46,392 nucleotides of DNA from Gemmatimonadota bacterium (GTDB taxonomy: Bacteria; Gemmatimonadota; Gemmatimonadetes; Gemmatimonadales; Gemmatimonadaceae). The stretch lies in NCBI GenBank assembly GCA_031372565.1, contig JANMLN010000099.1:1-46392 (forward strand). The letters run 5' to 3'. Within the stretch, counting starts at the first letter, position 1; each line of letters starts with the position of its first letter. Positions 1-9,205 of this stretch are shown here, piece by piece. The translations under genes were made by a program, and so were the position numbers. The notes below the pieces were generated by a model. The model worked only from the letters and a program-made list of their open reading frames with translations. It was not told the DNA's origin and did no database searches.

Positions 1-860
1 GATGGGAAGCGGCGCTTCGCCCGAGACAGTGGATCAAGAACTGCTTTGTCCTCGCGCCGCTGCTCTTCTCGGGGCAGGCCCTCGACGGGCAGGCGCAGCG
101 GGCAGCGGCACTCGCGTTTCTGGCATTCTGCGTGACCGCGAGTGGCGTCTACCTGATGAACGATGTGATCGACCGACGAGAGGATCAGGCGCACCCGGTC
201 AAGCGGACGCGCCCGATTGCTGCCGGAAGCATTTCGGTGGCGGTGGCAATGACCGTCTCCCTGTGCCTCCTGGTCCTCGGCGTCTTGGCGGCGACAGGTC
301 TCGGTGTTCGCGTCGGCATGATCGTGCTGGCGTACGTCGTGCTCAATGTGCTCTGCAGTGTGTGGCTGAAGCACCGGGTCATTCTGGACGTGTTCGTCGT
401 GGCCGCATTCTTCCTGCTTCGGCTCCTGGCCGGGTCGGAGGCCGTGCGTGTCCAACCCTCGCTCTGGCTCCTCCTGTGCGGAGGGTTGCTCGCATTGTTT
501 CTCGGATTTTCCAAACGGCGCCATGAGCTCGTGCTGATGGGAGACCGGTCGGCGTCGCATCGCGCCGTGCTCTCGCAATACTCGCTCGGGTTTCTCGACC
601 AGGTCTCGGTTGTCCTGGTCAGCGTGACCGTGCTGTGCTACATCATGTACACGCTCGATTCCGACACGGCACATCGCACCCCCTCGCACGCGCTCTCGTA
701 CAGCACCGCCTTCGTCCTGTACGGCATGCTTCGCTATCTGTTCCTGATCCAGCAGCAGGGGGGCGGAAATCCGGCCGAAACACTGCTCACCGATCGCACG
801 TTGATGACGACCGTGCTGCTGTGGGTGGCGTATTGCGCGCTGATCCTGTACTCGCGCTAG
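1..860 (+). CDS. ubiA: UbiA-family prenyltransferase, decaprenyl-phosphate phosphoribosyltransferase-like (5'-truncated by window edge)
   Basis: The frame is open from base 3: WEAALRPRQWIKNCFVLAPLLF...SGVYLMNDVIDRREDQAHPVKRTRPIAAG, then LALFLGFSKRRHEL and a C-terminal YGMLRYL...GGNPAETLLTD. These are hallmark motifs of the Rv3806c-like DPPR synthase subfamily. The ORF-track start at 132 is internal. Confidence 0.88.
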   Translation, partial: WEAALRPRQWIKNCFVLAPLLFSGQALDGQAQRAAALAFLAFCVTASGVYLMNDVIDRREDQAHPVKRTRPIAAGSISVAVAMTVSLCLLVLGVLAATGLGVRVGMIVLAYVVLNVLCSVWLKHRVILDVFVVAAFFLLRLLAGSEAVRVQPSLWLLLCGGLLALFLGFSKRRHELVLMGDRSASHRAVLSQYSLGFLDQVSVVLVSVTVLCYIMYTLDSDTAHRTPSHALSYSTAFVLYGMLRYLFLIQQQGGGNPAETLLTDRTLMTTVLLWVAYCALILYSR

Positions 861-872
861 GCAACGCCCGGG

Positions 873-1244
873 TCAGTCGCCCTGACCGGTCGTGCGGGGC
901 GGTACGGCTTCGTGCGGATCCCGGACGTCGCGCAGTGCCTGTGCCCGCACCAGCCGCGTGATATCCTCGGAGAGCGTGCGCAGTTTCTGATAGTAGAGAA
1001 ACCAGCTTCCCAGGAACGCGAGGGTCACGAGGTAGAGGAGCAAGTCCGCGCCGCGCATGATGCCGACGGTGCGTGCCCAGCGCGTCGTCATGTCCGGATC
1101 GTGAATCGTCAGCGCGCCGACGGCGCCGAGCGCCGCACCGAGCATTGCGGGCCATCTCGGACCACCCGCCCGCAGCAGTCTCCAGAGGTTGGCCAAGGCG
1201 AAGAGACTGCAGAGCGCGATCCCGAACAGCTGAAAGGGCGTCAT
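873..1244 (-). CDS. DUF2304-family small membrane protein (GT2 partner/activator type)
   Basis: 123 aa MTPFQLFGIAL... with three hydrophobic segments, a WARTVGIMRGADLLLY motif and a C-terminal ITRLVRAQAL coiled segment. Its ATG overlaps the TGA of the upstream GT2 (ATGA at 1241-1244). Confidence 0.8.
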   Translation of the reverse strand: MTPFQLFGIALCSLFALANLWRLLRAGGPRWPAMLGAALGAVGALTIHDPDMTTRWARTVGIMRGADLLLYLVTLAFLGSWFLYYQKLRTLSEDITRLVRAQALRDVRDPHEAVPPRTTGQGD

Positions 1245-1915
1245 CGCCGCGACCGTTGCAAGATGAGTTCCGCCAGGATGCGGAGAGAATTCCACGACGA
1301 CTGTCCCTTCGCCATCGAGTACTCCGAGTAGTGAATCGTGACGGGTACTTCCACGAGGCGCCATCCGCGTGGCCGGATCTGCTCGAGGATCTCCGATGCG
1401 TGCGCGAAGCGATCCATCTCGATCGTCAGTTCGCCGGCCGCACGTCGCGAGAATGCGCGAAATCCGTTGGCGACATCGGAGATCCACACGCCTGAGAGCA
1501 CGCGAGTGACCACGACCGCGCCTTGCAGGAGGATCCGTCGGGACAGGGGCATCCCGACCGTGTGGCCAAGGAACCGTGAGCCAAGCACGATGTCGGCACG
1601 GCCCTCACGAACCGGCGCCGTGATCGCATCCAGATCGGCCAGGTCATGTTGTCCGTCTGCATCAAACGTCACGATCACATCCGCACCGAGGCGGAGGGCG
1701 TCGTGCACGCCGGTCAGAATCGCCGCGCCTTGGCCTCGATTGACCGCGTGGCGAATGACGCGTGCGCCGGCGCGGAATGCCTCGTCGGCGGTGTCATCGC
1801 GCGAGCAGTCATCCACGACGATGCACCAGTCACAGCGGGCAACCACCGGCCGCACCACGCGTCCGATGGCCCGCTCCTCGTTGTAGGCGGGAATCACGAT
1901 GGCGACGCGAGTCAC
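1241..1915 (-). CDS. GT2 glycosyltransferase, Dpm1-like polyprenyl-phosphate sugar synthase
   Basis: Motifs VIPAYNEE, VVDDCSRDDT, NRGQGAA, TFDADGQH, IVLGSRF, SDVANGFRAF, EVPVTIHY. Confidence 0.92.
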   Translation of the reverse strand: MTRVAIVIPAYNEERAIGRVVRPVVARCDWCIVVDDCSRDDTADEAFRAGARVIRHAVNRGQGAAILTGVHDALRLGADVIVTFDADGQHDLADLDAITAPVREGRADIVLGSRFLGHTVGMPLSRRILLQGAVVVTRVLSGVWISDVANGFRAFSRRAAGELTIEMDRFAHASEILEQIRPRGWRLVEVPVTIHYSEYSMAKGQSSWNSLRILAELILQRSRR

Positions 1916-3543
1916 GGCGACGAACCCGGCACGGGGAGCGCGGTCGCCGCCGCTCCGGTGCGCCGAAACACGACCAACCCGGTCACGTAGCGGGCCGCCC
2001 GGTCACCAACCAGGCGCATCGAAAGCCATCGCTCCGGCATGAAGTATCCCTCGGAGAAGCGCTGGACCTCCTGGTACGTGGATGTGCCCCGGAACAGTGA
2101 CTGGAACGCGGCGAGCCGTTCGGGGGTCTCCACGTCGTAGACCTCGCGCGGATTCGACGGGTAGCTGTCCTTCCAATCGATGCCACTGATGAAATTGTTG
2201 GCGTCGTACATCTCGATGACGAGGATGTCCGGGTTGCCCTTGTCCTGCCAGCGGAGCTTCACGTAGCCGTCGGGAGCCGCATGCCGCGACCAGTACATCG
2301 TCGATCCCTTCGCAACGTTCGCCTGAACCCAGCGTAGTGCGGCGTTGCGCGGCTCGAAAATGAAGAGCCGCTCGGTGTCCACGAGGAACGCCAGCATCCA
2401 CACGAACACCGGAGCCAGCAGGACGGCGGGCGCAAGCCGCCGCGTCCGCATCGCATCGAGCGCGCGCATCAGCGCCCATCCGCCGGCCAGTGCGGCCCAG
2501 GCAATCAGCGGGACAAAGTGTCGTGGGAAGTGATCCACCTTGAACACGATGAACAGCAGCAGGAGTGCCGGCGGAAATGCGAACAGCAGCATGCCGACGG
2601 CCACCCGCGACCGATCCCGGTGGCGCACCGCGCGGCGGACGATGCCTGCGCTCCCGATGAGGGCGAGGACGAGCAGTGGCAGCGAGAAGATGTCCGGGAG
2701 CTGCACGAGATACAGCAGCGCTCCCTTGGCGCGATTGAAGACGTACGGATCGCTCGTGCCGCCGCCCAGGACAGCGGAGAGCGTCTTCAGATTGTCGAAT
2801 CCAAGCATCGCGATCACCGCACCCGCGACGCCGAAGACGACGGCGTGCAGGACGCGTCGCACGCGGGGACCGCGCAGCAGGATCACGACGGCCAGTGGCG
2901 GGATCGAGAAGAAGAAGAGCTTCAAGGCGAACGCGACGCCGGTCGAGAACGCGCTCCATCGCAACCACTCGCCGCCATCACCCGGCGGCGCCGTCGCATC
3001 ACGCCACAACAGCCAGAGTGACAGGAGCAGGGCGGTCGTGACGGGAACATCCGAGAGAAAGAAGTGACTCTGCGTGACGTGGAGACCACCGAATGCGAGA
3101 AGCCACGCCGCGGCGATGCCGACGCGATCGTCGCCCAGGACGTCGCGGCCGATGAGATAGACCACGAAGATCGCGCCCAGCGCGAACAGCACGACGACCA
3201 ACCGGCCCGCCAGAATGGTCCATCGCGCATCGGGTCTCGTGCCGCCGAAGTGCCCCCTCGCCATCGAGCCGATCAAGACAGGCGCGCCGACGATGGCACC
3301 GAGGGCCTTGGGATAGGGCTGTTCGTAGCGCGGCGGCTTCTGCGGATTCATCACGACTTCCGCGTTGACGACGTGCGTCCACTCGTCGGGGTGATGGCCC
3401 GCGAAGCCACTCGCGTCCGGCCAATTGAAGCCCCAGAAGACGCCCGGCAATCGCACGAGCGCGCCGACAAGGAGCGCCGCAACTATCCAGTTGCGCACGG
3501 CGGTCCTGGAGAGCGTGCCGGACCTGGTGACACCGTCGCTCAT
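1912..3543 (-). CDS. GT-C fold membrane glycosyltransferase (ArnT/PMT, GT39/GT83-like)
   Basis: TM1 followed by an acidic luminal-loop motif (HHPDEWTHV), QSHFFLSDVP, GVAFALK and FPRHFVPL, more than 10 TM segments and a C-terminal soluble domain. Start placed at the ATG overlapping the upstream stop (3540-3543). Confidence 0.8.
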   Translation of the reverse strand: MSDGVTRSGTLSRTAVRNWIVAALLVGALVRLPGVFWGFNWPDASGFAGHHPDEWTHVVNAEVVMNPQKPPRYEQPYPKALGAIVGAPVLIGSMARGHFGGTRPDARWTILAGRLVVVLFALGAIFVVYLIGRDVLGDDRVGIAAAWLLAFGGLHVTQSHFFLSDVPVTTALLLSLWLLWRDATAPPGDGGEWLRWSAFSTGVAFALKLFFFSIPPLAVVILLRGPRVRRVLHAVVFGVAGAVIAMLGFDNLKTLSAVLGGGTSDPYVFNRAKGALLYLVQLPDIFSLPLLVLALIGSAGIVRRAVRHRDRSRVAVGMLLFAFPPALLLLFIVFKVDHFPRHFVPLIAWAALAGGWALMRALDAMRTRRLAPAVLLAPVFVWMLAFLVDTERLFIFEPRNAALRWVQANVAKGSTMYWSRHAAPDGYVKLRWQDKGNPDILVIEMYDANNFISGIDWKDSYPSNPREVYDVETPERLAAFQSLFRGTSTYQEVQRFSEGYFMPERWLSMRLVGDRAARYVTGLVVFRRTGAAATALPVPGSSP

Positions 3544-4970
3544 GGCGCGCGTTCCGGCGGGGGCGTCGGTCCGGTCGATCGAAAACCGGCCGCCAACGCG
3601 ATCAGCAGGAACGGATAGTACCACTCGACATAGCTGCCGGTGGCGTGCGTCTTCCAGAGCTGGATGGCGGCGGAGAGCGCGGCGGTGATCGCCGCCAGCT
3701 GCACCACCGACCGGGCGCGAACCCAGAAGGCGCCAACACAGGCTGCGAGCGCAAAGAGGAGGAACGTCGGCTTGAACAGCGAGGTGGTGCCGAACAGCGG
3801 CTTCTGCCAGACCGCGGCCGCCGAAGGATGCGTCCCCCAGAAGCTGTCGATGCTGGCGCCGTACTGCTTGGCCGCTGCCCCTTCCTGATGCTCAAGCGTA
3901 CTGGACAGAAAGAGCCGCACGGGGCCGTCTCCATCCAGCGGCGGTGTGAACGCGAGCACGAGGGCCACGAGCAGGGCGCCGACGACGGCGTATCCTGCCA
4001 CGAACTTCCACCAGGATCGATCGCCGCTCTTGGTGCGCCAGCCGAGCCACGCGGGCAACAGAAACACCGGGAAGAACAGGACCCCCGCCGCCGCCGCGAA
4101 CAGTCCGCCCGAGAGAGCCGGCCGGCGTGCCGCAGCCAGCGCGAGCAGCATGGTCGCCGATGGTGCGATGTGCGAGATGAAGCCCAGTCCGGTGATGACG
4201 AAGGTGTCGCCGCCGATGCCCAGGACGTACGGACTCGACGCCCAGAGTGCGACGACCCCGAGTGCCGTATCGGTCCCGGCCGCGGTTCGAACGATGACGA
4301 AGAGCGCCCAGACGCCGAGCAGGAAGAACGTGAGCGACGCCAGCTTCGTGGCGAGCTGGGGAGGCCAGGTGTAGCCCTGCGCTCCCGGCGTGGCGTCCGG
4401 AGCGTTCCGATGGGCGCCCGTCAGGACCTGAAACGGCAGATGGCTGGCGTAGAGCAACGGGCCATATGTCGCGGCGGCTCCGTACGCCGGAGCATCGGGA
4501 CCGCGCAGCTTGCCATCCGCGTACGGCAGAATGCCGGTTTCGACCCACCGCTGCCCACCCAGGTTCGAGTAGATGCCCGCATCGTCGGGCGCGCGCCCCA
4601 GCACGACGACCACATCCAGAACCAGCAGGACGACGACCAACGCGCGCAGGACCGCGGGCGGCAGGTTCGGTGTCCAGGCCTCGCGCACGCGCTCGCTGCG
4701 TGCGAGCACGAACCCCCAGACCGCCATCGTGGCCGTCGCAACGAAGACCCCCGTGTAGAGCCACGCGGCGGCGCGCGGGGTGCTGTCGTAGCGATAGGTC
4801 AGGACGTGCAGCAGGAACACGGCGGGCGCGAAGAGCAGGGCGAGTGCCCCGTTGCGTCGCGACCAGACGCGTGTCCGGTCGCCGAACACCATCGCGGCCA
4901 CGATCAGACCAATCCAGAGCGCGCCGGACGCATTCGGCACGAGCAGCTTCAGGAACAGCATGAGCTTCAT
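3540..4970 (-). CDS. GT-C fold membrane protein (GT87-like)
   Basis: Polytopic protein with RAPDDAGIYS and ATYGPLLY motifs, TKLASL, and C-terminal GSYVEWYYPFLL. Start placed at MKLMLF (ATG 4970). Confidence 0.68.
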   Translation of the reverse strand: MKLMLFLKLLVPNASGALWIGLIVAAMVFGDRTRVWSRRNGALALLFAPAVFLLHVLTYRYDSTPRAAAWLYTGVFVATATMAVWGFVLARSERVREAWTPNLPPAVLRALVVVLLVLDVVVVLGRAPDDAGIYSNLGGQRWVETGILPYADGKLRGPDAPAYGAAATYGPLLYASHLPFQVLTGAHRNAPDATPGAQGYTWPPQLATKLASLTFFLLGVWALFVIVRTAAGTDTALGVVALWASSPYVLGIGGDTFVITGLGFISHIAPSATMLLALAAARRPALSGGLFAAAAGVLFFPVFLLPAWLGWRTKSGDRSWWKFVAGYAVVGALLVALVLAFTPPLDGDGPVRLFLSSTLEHQEGAAAKQYGASIDSFWGTHPSAAAVWQKPLFGTTSLFKPTFLLFALAACVGAFWVRARSVVQLAAITAALSAAIQLWKTHATGSYVEWYYPFLLIALAAGFRSTGPTPPPERAP

Positions 4971-4977
4971 GTCAGCG

Positions 4978-7029
4978 TCAGTTGCGAGGAGCCTTCTGTC
5001 CACGAATCGACCGCAGCAGCCGTCCAGCCAGTGCGCGAACATCGACGTCGTACTTATGCGCGGGAATGCCGACGAACGACCACATGACGGGCGGCGTCAT
5101 GTCATACGCGCGACTGCGCCAGCGCAGCGAACTGGACTGCGCCCGTGCGGCGCGCCACAGGACAGTATCGGCGACGAACGCGCTCCAGCCCTTGCCGGAC
5201 CGGATCGGGATCATGTTGGCTGGTGGCGGGGCGTCAGGACGCTGAATCACGTAGTTGATCCGGGTATCGGCCGGCTTCGGCAGCATGGCGTAGTACAGGA
5301 GTTCGCGCTCGCCGCTCCGACCGTCGGTGAGATCGGACTTCCAGTCCCGAGGCAAGATACTCAGGACCGACTCGGACGCGCGGATCGCCTCTCGATAGGC
5401 CGGGAAATCACCGTCGAAGCGCCCGATGCGAAAGTCGATCAGGGTCCCCGTCGCTCGGCTGACGCGATCGATCTGCCGGGTGCGTGGCATCGCCGTCGCC
5501 AGCGACAGCAGGCAACCCATCGTCGCCACCGACGTCCAGCGCCAGTCGGGTGGCTGCCGCAAGGCCAGGCGCCAGTACACGATGAGCGGAAGGACCATCG
5601 CCGGCACGAATTGGTGCAGATTCGTGAACGCCAGCGGAAGAAACAGGGCGGCGTAGGCGACCGACACGAGGGTGATCACGCGCGCGAACGGATCCTGCCG
5701 TCGCCATGCCAGCATCGCCAGCCACGGGGCGACTCCCGCCGGCAGGATCACCCACAACAGGCGAACGGGATCGGTGAGCGTCAGATACTGGAAGCGACCG
5801 ACGAGCCCGCCGCTCTGGTACCCGATGCCGGCGGTCTCGCGCAGCGCGCGCGCCGCGATCACCTCGTACGACACGTACGCAAGCAGAAACGCGAGGATCG
5901 TGTATCCACCGAGTCTGGCGGCGTCACCGCGACGGTCGCGCGCCACGAGCCACATCGCCGCCGCTGCCAACACGCCGACCAGCAGGGCGGTGGGACGGGC
6001 GAGCGCGCCGAGAAAGCCGAACAGCAGAAACCAGGACCACTGGGACGTCCACGCCGTGTACAACATGCCGCAGAAGAGCGCGACGACCATCGCCTCGAAC
6101 GCCGGCGGGGACGAGATGTCGGCGAAGTACAGTCCGTAGCTGGCGTTGAAGGACAGCACGATCAGCACGCACGCGACGCCCGACGTCAACGCCATCCACT
6201 CGCGGGCGAGGAGCCGACGCCCGGCGCCCAGTTCCGCCAGCACGGCGATGCCCGCCGTCAATGCGCCCGCGTGCCATGCGATCGGCAGACGCGCTGCGGC
6301 CTCGATCGGGCCGAAGATCAGCATCCACCAGTGATTCGACCACGCCATCGTGGTCATGCCGATGCCCAGTCCGAGAAAGCCGCTCTGGTTGGGGAAGCGC
6401 GGTACGACCACCCACTGGAGCGCACGCCCGATTTCGACGGCCTCGAATCCGTCGTCGCTGATATCCTGCCAGAAGAGCTCGGGCAGGAACGCCGCCGCGA
6501 TCCCCGCGCCGATCAGCACGAACGCGCTCGCCGGCACGAGGTCCTCGCGGGAGAAGCGTCGGGCGTCACCACGATGCGCGCGGTAGGCGTAGAGGGACGC
6601 TGTCAGGGCGACGAGCAACCCGGTCGTGGCCAGGAAGGGCGCGCGCGTGTACGGCACAAGGCCGGCCACCTTCCCGAGGGAGGTGGCGACGATCAGCAGG
6701 GCGTGCGAGAGTCCGAAGCCGAGCAGCACCAGTTGCGGCAGCGACCGTTCGGCGCGGGTACTCGCGAGCAGCAGGACCCCCGGCGCAAGCAGGACCCAGC
6801 TGACGGCCGACACGAGCAGCGGCAGCGCCAGCCAGCGCACCGTCGGCGCGACCGTGGGATACCCGTGTGCAATGTCCCGTCCCAGATCGGCGAGGAGCGT
6901 CACCACCACCCAGGCAACCAGCGCCGAGGCTGGCACGAGCAGGTTGCGCCACTCGCCGCGCACGGCCATCGTCGACGGAGACCGGTCGCTCGTCGGCTCG
7001 AACAACTGCGTGGAGGGGGCGGCACTCAT
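4978..7029 (-). CDS. Large polytopic membrane protein, probable GT-C-type transferase
   Basis: More than 12 hydrophobic segments, an acidic loop QDISDDGFEAVE, LARPTALL and a C-terminal soluble domain. It sits in a co-directional run of GT-C genes. Start uncertain (7029 or 6969). Confidence 0.6.
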   Translation of the reverse strand: MSAAPSTQLFEPTSDRSPSTMAVRGEWRNLLVPASALVAWVVVTLLADLGRDIAHGYPTVAPTVRWLALPLLVSAVSWVLLAPGVLLLASTRAERSLPQLVLLGFGLSHALLIVATSLGKVAGLVPYTRAPFLATTGLLVALTASLYAYRAHRGDARRFSREDLVPASAFVLIGAGIAAAFLPELFWQDISDDGFEAVEIGRALQWVVVPRFPNQSGFLGLGIGMTTMAWSNHWWMLIFGPIEAAARLPIAWHAGALTAGIAVLAELGAGRRLLAREWMALTSGVACVLIVLSFNASYGLYFADISSPPAFEAMVVALFCGMLYTAWTSQWSWFLLFGFLGALARPTALLVGVLAAAAMWLVARDRRGDAARLGGYTILAFLLAYVSYEVIAARALRETAGIGYQSGGLVGRFQYLTLTDPVRLLWVILPAGVAPWLAMLAWRRQDPFARVITLVSVAYAALFLPLAFTNLHQFVPAMVLPLIVYWRLALRQPPDWRWTSVATMGCLLSLATAMPRTRQIDRVSRATGTLIDFRIGRFDGDFPAYREAIRASESVLSILPRDWKSDLTDGRSGERELLYYAMLPKPADTRINYVIQRPDAPPPANMIPIRSGKGWSAFVADTVLWRAARAQSSSLRWRSRAYDMTPPVMWSFVGIPAHKYDVDVRALAGRLLRSIRGQKAPRN

Positions 7030-7135
7030 GTGAGGCGGGTGGGGGTGGTCGACCGCAGGAACGAACCGTCGCCGAGCGTGGCGCGTCCGATGCGAGGGGT
7101 GGGTGTTGGCATGACGGCGGACGCCGGGGGAGCGC

Positions 7136-9205
7136 TCATGGCTGCGACCTGGTCGCCACGGTGTGGTACGGACCGCTGAGGTCCCATCGCGGCGGGTCAG
7201 ACACGACCCGTTCCGCAATCCACCAGTCGCGGTCCGCGAAGTGCGCGGTCAGCCGTTCGCGACTCTGCACATCGAGCAAGCGAGCATACACGTTGTCCGG
7301 GCCGTCCAGCCGAGGGCTGTTGTAGTTGAAGCCTGCCTGGTACGTCTCGCGTTCGGGCGCGTGTACGAACACCAAGGCGTGCTGGATCCCGCGACGGGAA
7401 ACCTCCTGCGACAGATCGGCACCCACCTCACGATAGCGAAAATACTTCGTGGTGGCACGCCACGGTACGAACGTGAGGCATGCCGCCAGCACCGCGACGC
7501 CGACCATCGGCCGGACAAACGGTAGCGTGTCGGGTCGCCGCCACATCGCATGCAGTCGCTCGATGCTCCGCGCGGTGAACAGCAGGAAGGGTACCAGCAA
7601 CGGATACCAGTAGCGGGCACCGTGATCGGGGCCGCCGCTGAACCAGTACAGCGAGTAACCGGCCGGGAGAACGACGGCCAGCGCGATCCAGATGCGATCC
7701 TCGCGACTGGTCCATCGCGAGGTCAGATACAGGACGGGCAGCAGGAGTGAGCCGCACGCCCAACCGAACAGGTCGACGTTCGTCTGGAAGAGATTCTTGT
7801 TGAGATTGAGCACGACGTCGGCCATGCCGTGGCCGGGGAGCGGGTCGATGTTTGGCCACGCGCGGTTGCCGATGTCCGCTCCGAACCCGAGTCGATCCCG
7901 TCCCGCTCCCCATGCGGCATCGGTCCACATGCGATACGGGGACAGCATCGGATCACCCGTGATCGCCTGATTGTACGCCATGCCGATCAGCACGAAGGCG
8001 CCACTCGCCACGCCGGCGATGACGAGGCTGCGGTACGACAGTCGCTCGCCTCCCAACAGGCCGAACGACCAGAGTGCCACCACCAGTCCCCCAGTTGCCG
8101 CATCGAGCGGTCGCGTGAGGAAGAGCATGCCGCCTGCGGCCCCGATCATGACCGCCCAGCGCACATCGCGCCCCCCGCGCTCCCGGCAACGCTCGACCGC
8201 CACGAGCGCGAGCAGCAGCCAGAGCGCGGCTGCCGGATGTCCGAGGAATTCGCCCGTCATGAAGAGCATCCACGGCGACACGCACATCAGCATCGCCACG
8301 ACATTGGCGACGCCCCGCCCGTGCAGGCGCTCGAGGAGCGCGTGGGCGAGGAGCACGGTGACGGCGCTGATGACCGGGTTGACCATCCACGGAACACCGA
8401 GCCAGGCCCCGATGCTCAGCACCGCGGGCCATCCCGGAAAGCCGTACCCGAACCACCGCCCGTCGCGAATGAGGATCTCATCCATCTGAAACGCGGCCGA
8501 GTCCGGCGGCGCGGCGGCACTGAGATGGCCGGTCGCAAGCACCTTGGCCTGAAACAGGTAGGACACGCTGTCGTCGATGTGCGGAACGCCTTCGAACACG
8601 AAACGCGACACCAGCAGTCCGACGAGCAGGGTCCAGCCCGCACACCACCAACCCCAGTGCGCATCCCACCGCCGTGGGGTCGCGTCCGGGGCGCTGACCA
8701 GCGTCACGCGCTCGTCTGTCCACGCCTCGAAGCGGCGCAGCGCGGTCGCGGGCAGCGCGAGGAACGAGGCAACGAGGGTGGTGAAGGCAAGCACCATGAC
8801 GATGGTCGCGCTCAGCGCCTCCGTGATCGACGACACGATATCCTTCGCCGGAATGGCAGAGGCGAAGCCGACGACGACCACGAGCAGCACAAGGCGGTGC
8901 GCGGTGCGGTCGCGGAGCGCGAGGAGCTGTTCGGCCTGCGCCCGCCATGTCGCGCGATACGCCACGAGGGTGGCGAGCTGTCCCGCGATGATCGTCCACG
9001 ACAGCACGGTCGTGACGGACAGCGCTCCGCCCAGGCGCAAGTGTTGGTAGACGGCATAGGGCGGCGCGTCGACATGGGCGAGGACCGCGCACTGGCCGAG
9101 GAGAAACAGCAGCAGCAGGAGCACGCTCACCCGCCAGGGCGTACGCCATGCAACCGCCATCACCCCTGACGCCATCAGCGCGAGCGCACCGAGGAACAGG
9201 CTCAT
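7136..9205 (-). CDS. GT-C fold membrane glycosyltransferase (ArnT-like)
   Basis: Motifs GVPHIDDSVSYLFQAKVLATG, YGFPGWPAVL, LFLTRPLDA, YNQAITGDP and GARYWYP, with many TM segments. ATGA overlap with the upstream sulfatase-like gene. Confidence 0.8.
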   Translation of the reverse strand: MSLFLGALALMASGVMAVAWRTPWRVSVLLLLLFLLGQCAVLAHVDAPPYAVYQHLRLGGALSVTTVLSWTIIAGQLATLVAYRATWRAQAEQLLALRDRTAHRLVLLVVVVGFASAIPAKDIVSSITEALSATIVMVLAFTTLVASFLALPATALRRFEAWTDERVTLVSAPDATPRRWDAHWGWWCAGWTLLVGLLVSRFVFEGVPHIDDSVSYLFQAKVLATGHLSAAAPPDSAAFQMDEILIRDGRWFGYGFPGWPAVLSIGAWLGVPWMVNPVISAVTVLLAHALLERLHGRGVANVVAMLMCVSPWMLFMTGEFLGHPAAALWLLLALVAVERCRERGGRDVRWAVMIGAAGGMLFLTRPLDAATGGLVVALWSFGLLGGERLSYRSLVIAGVASGAFVLIGMAYNQAITGDPMLSPYRMWTDAAWGAGRDRLGFGADIGNRAWPNIDPLPGHGMADVVLNLNKNLFQTNVDLFGWACGSLLLPVLYLTSRWTSREDRIWIALAVVLPAGYSLYWFSGGPDHGARYWYPLLVPFLLFTARSIERLHAMWRRPDTLPFVRPMVGVAVLAACLTFVPWRATTKYFRYREVGADLSQEVSRRGIQHALVFVHAPERETYQAGFNYNSPRLDGPDNVYARLLDVQSRERLTAHFADRDWWIAERVVSDPPRWDLSGPYHTVATRSQP

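Noticed and set aside
4852..7179. 775-aa plus-strand ORF
   Set aside because: Antisense shadow of the minus-strand membrane protein. It is an Arg/His/Gln-rich, low-information translation typical of high-GC DNA.
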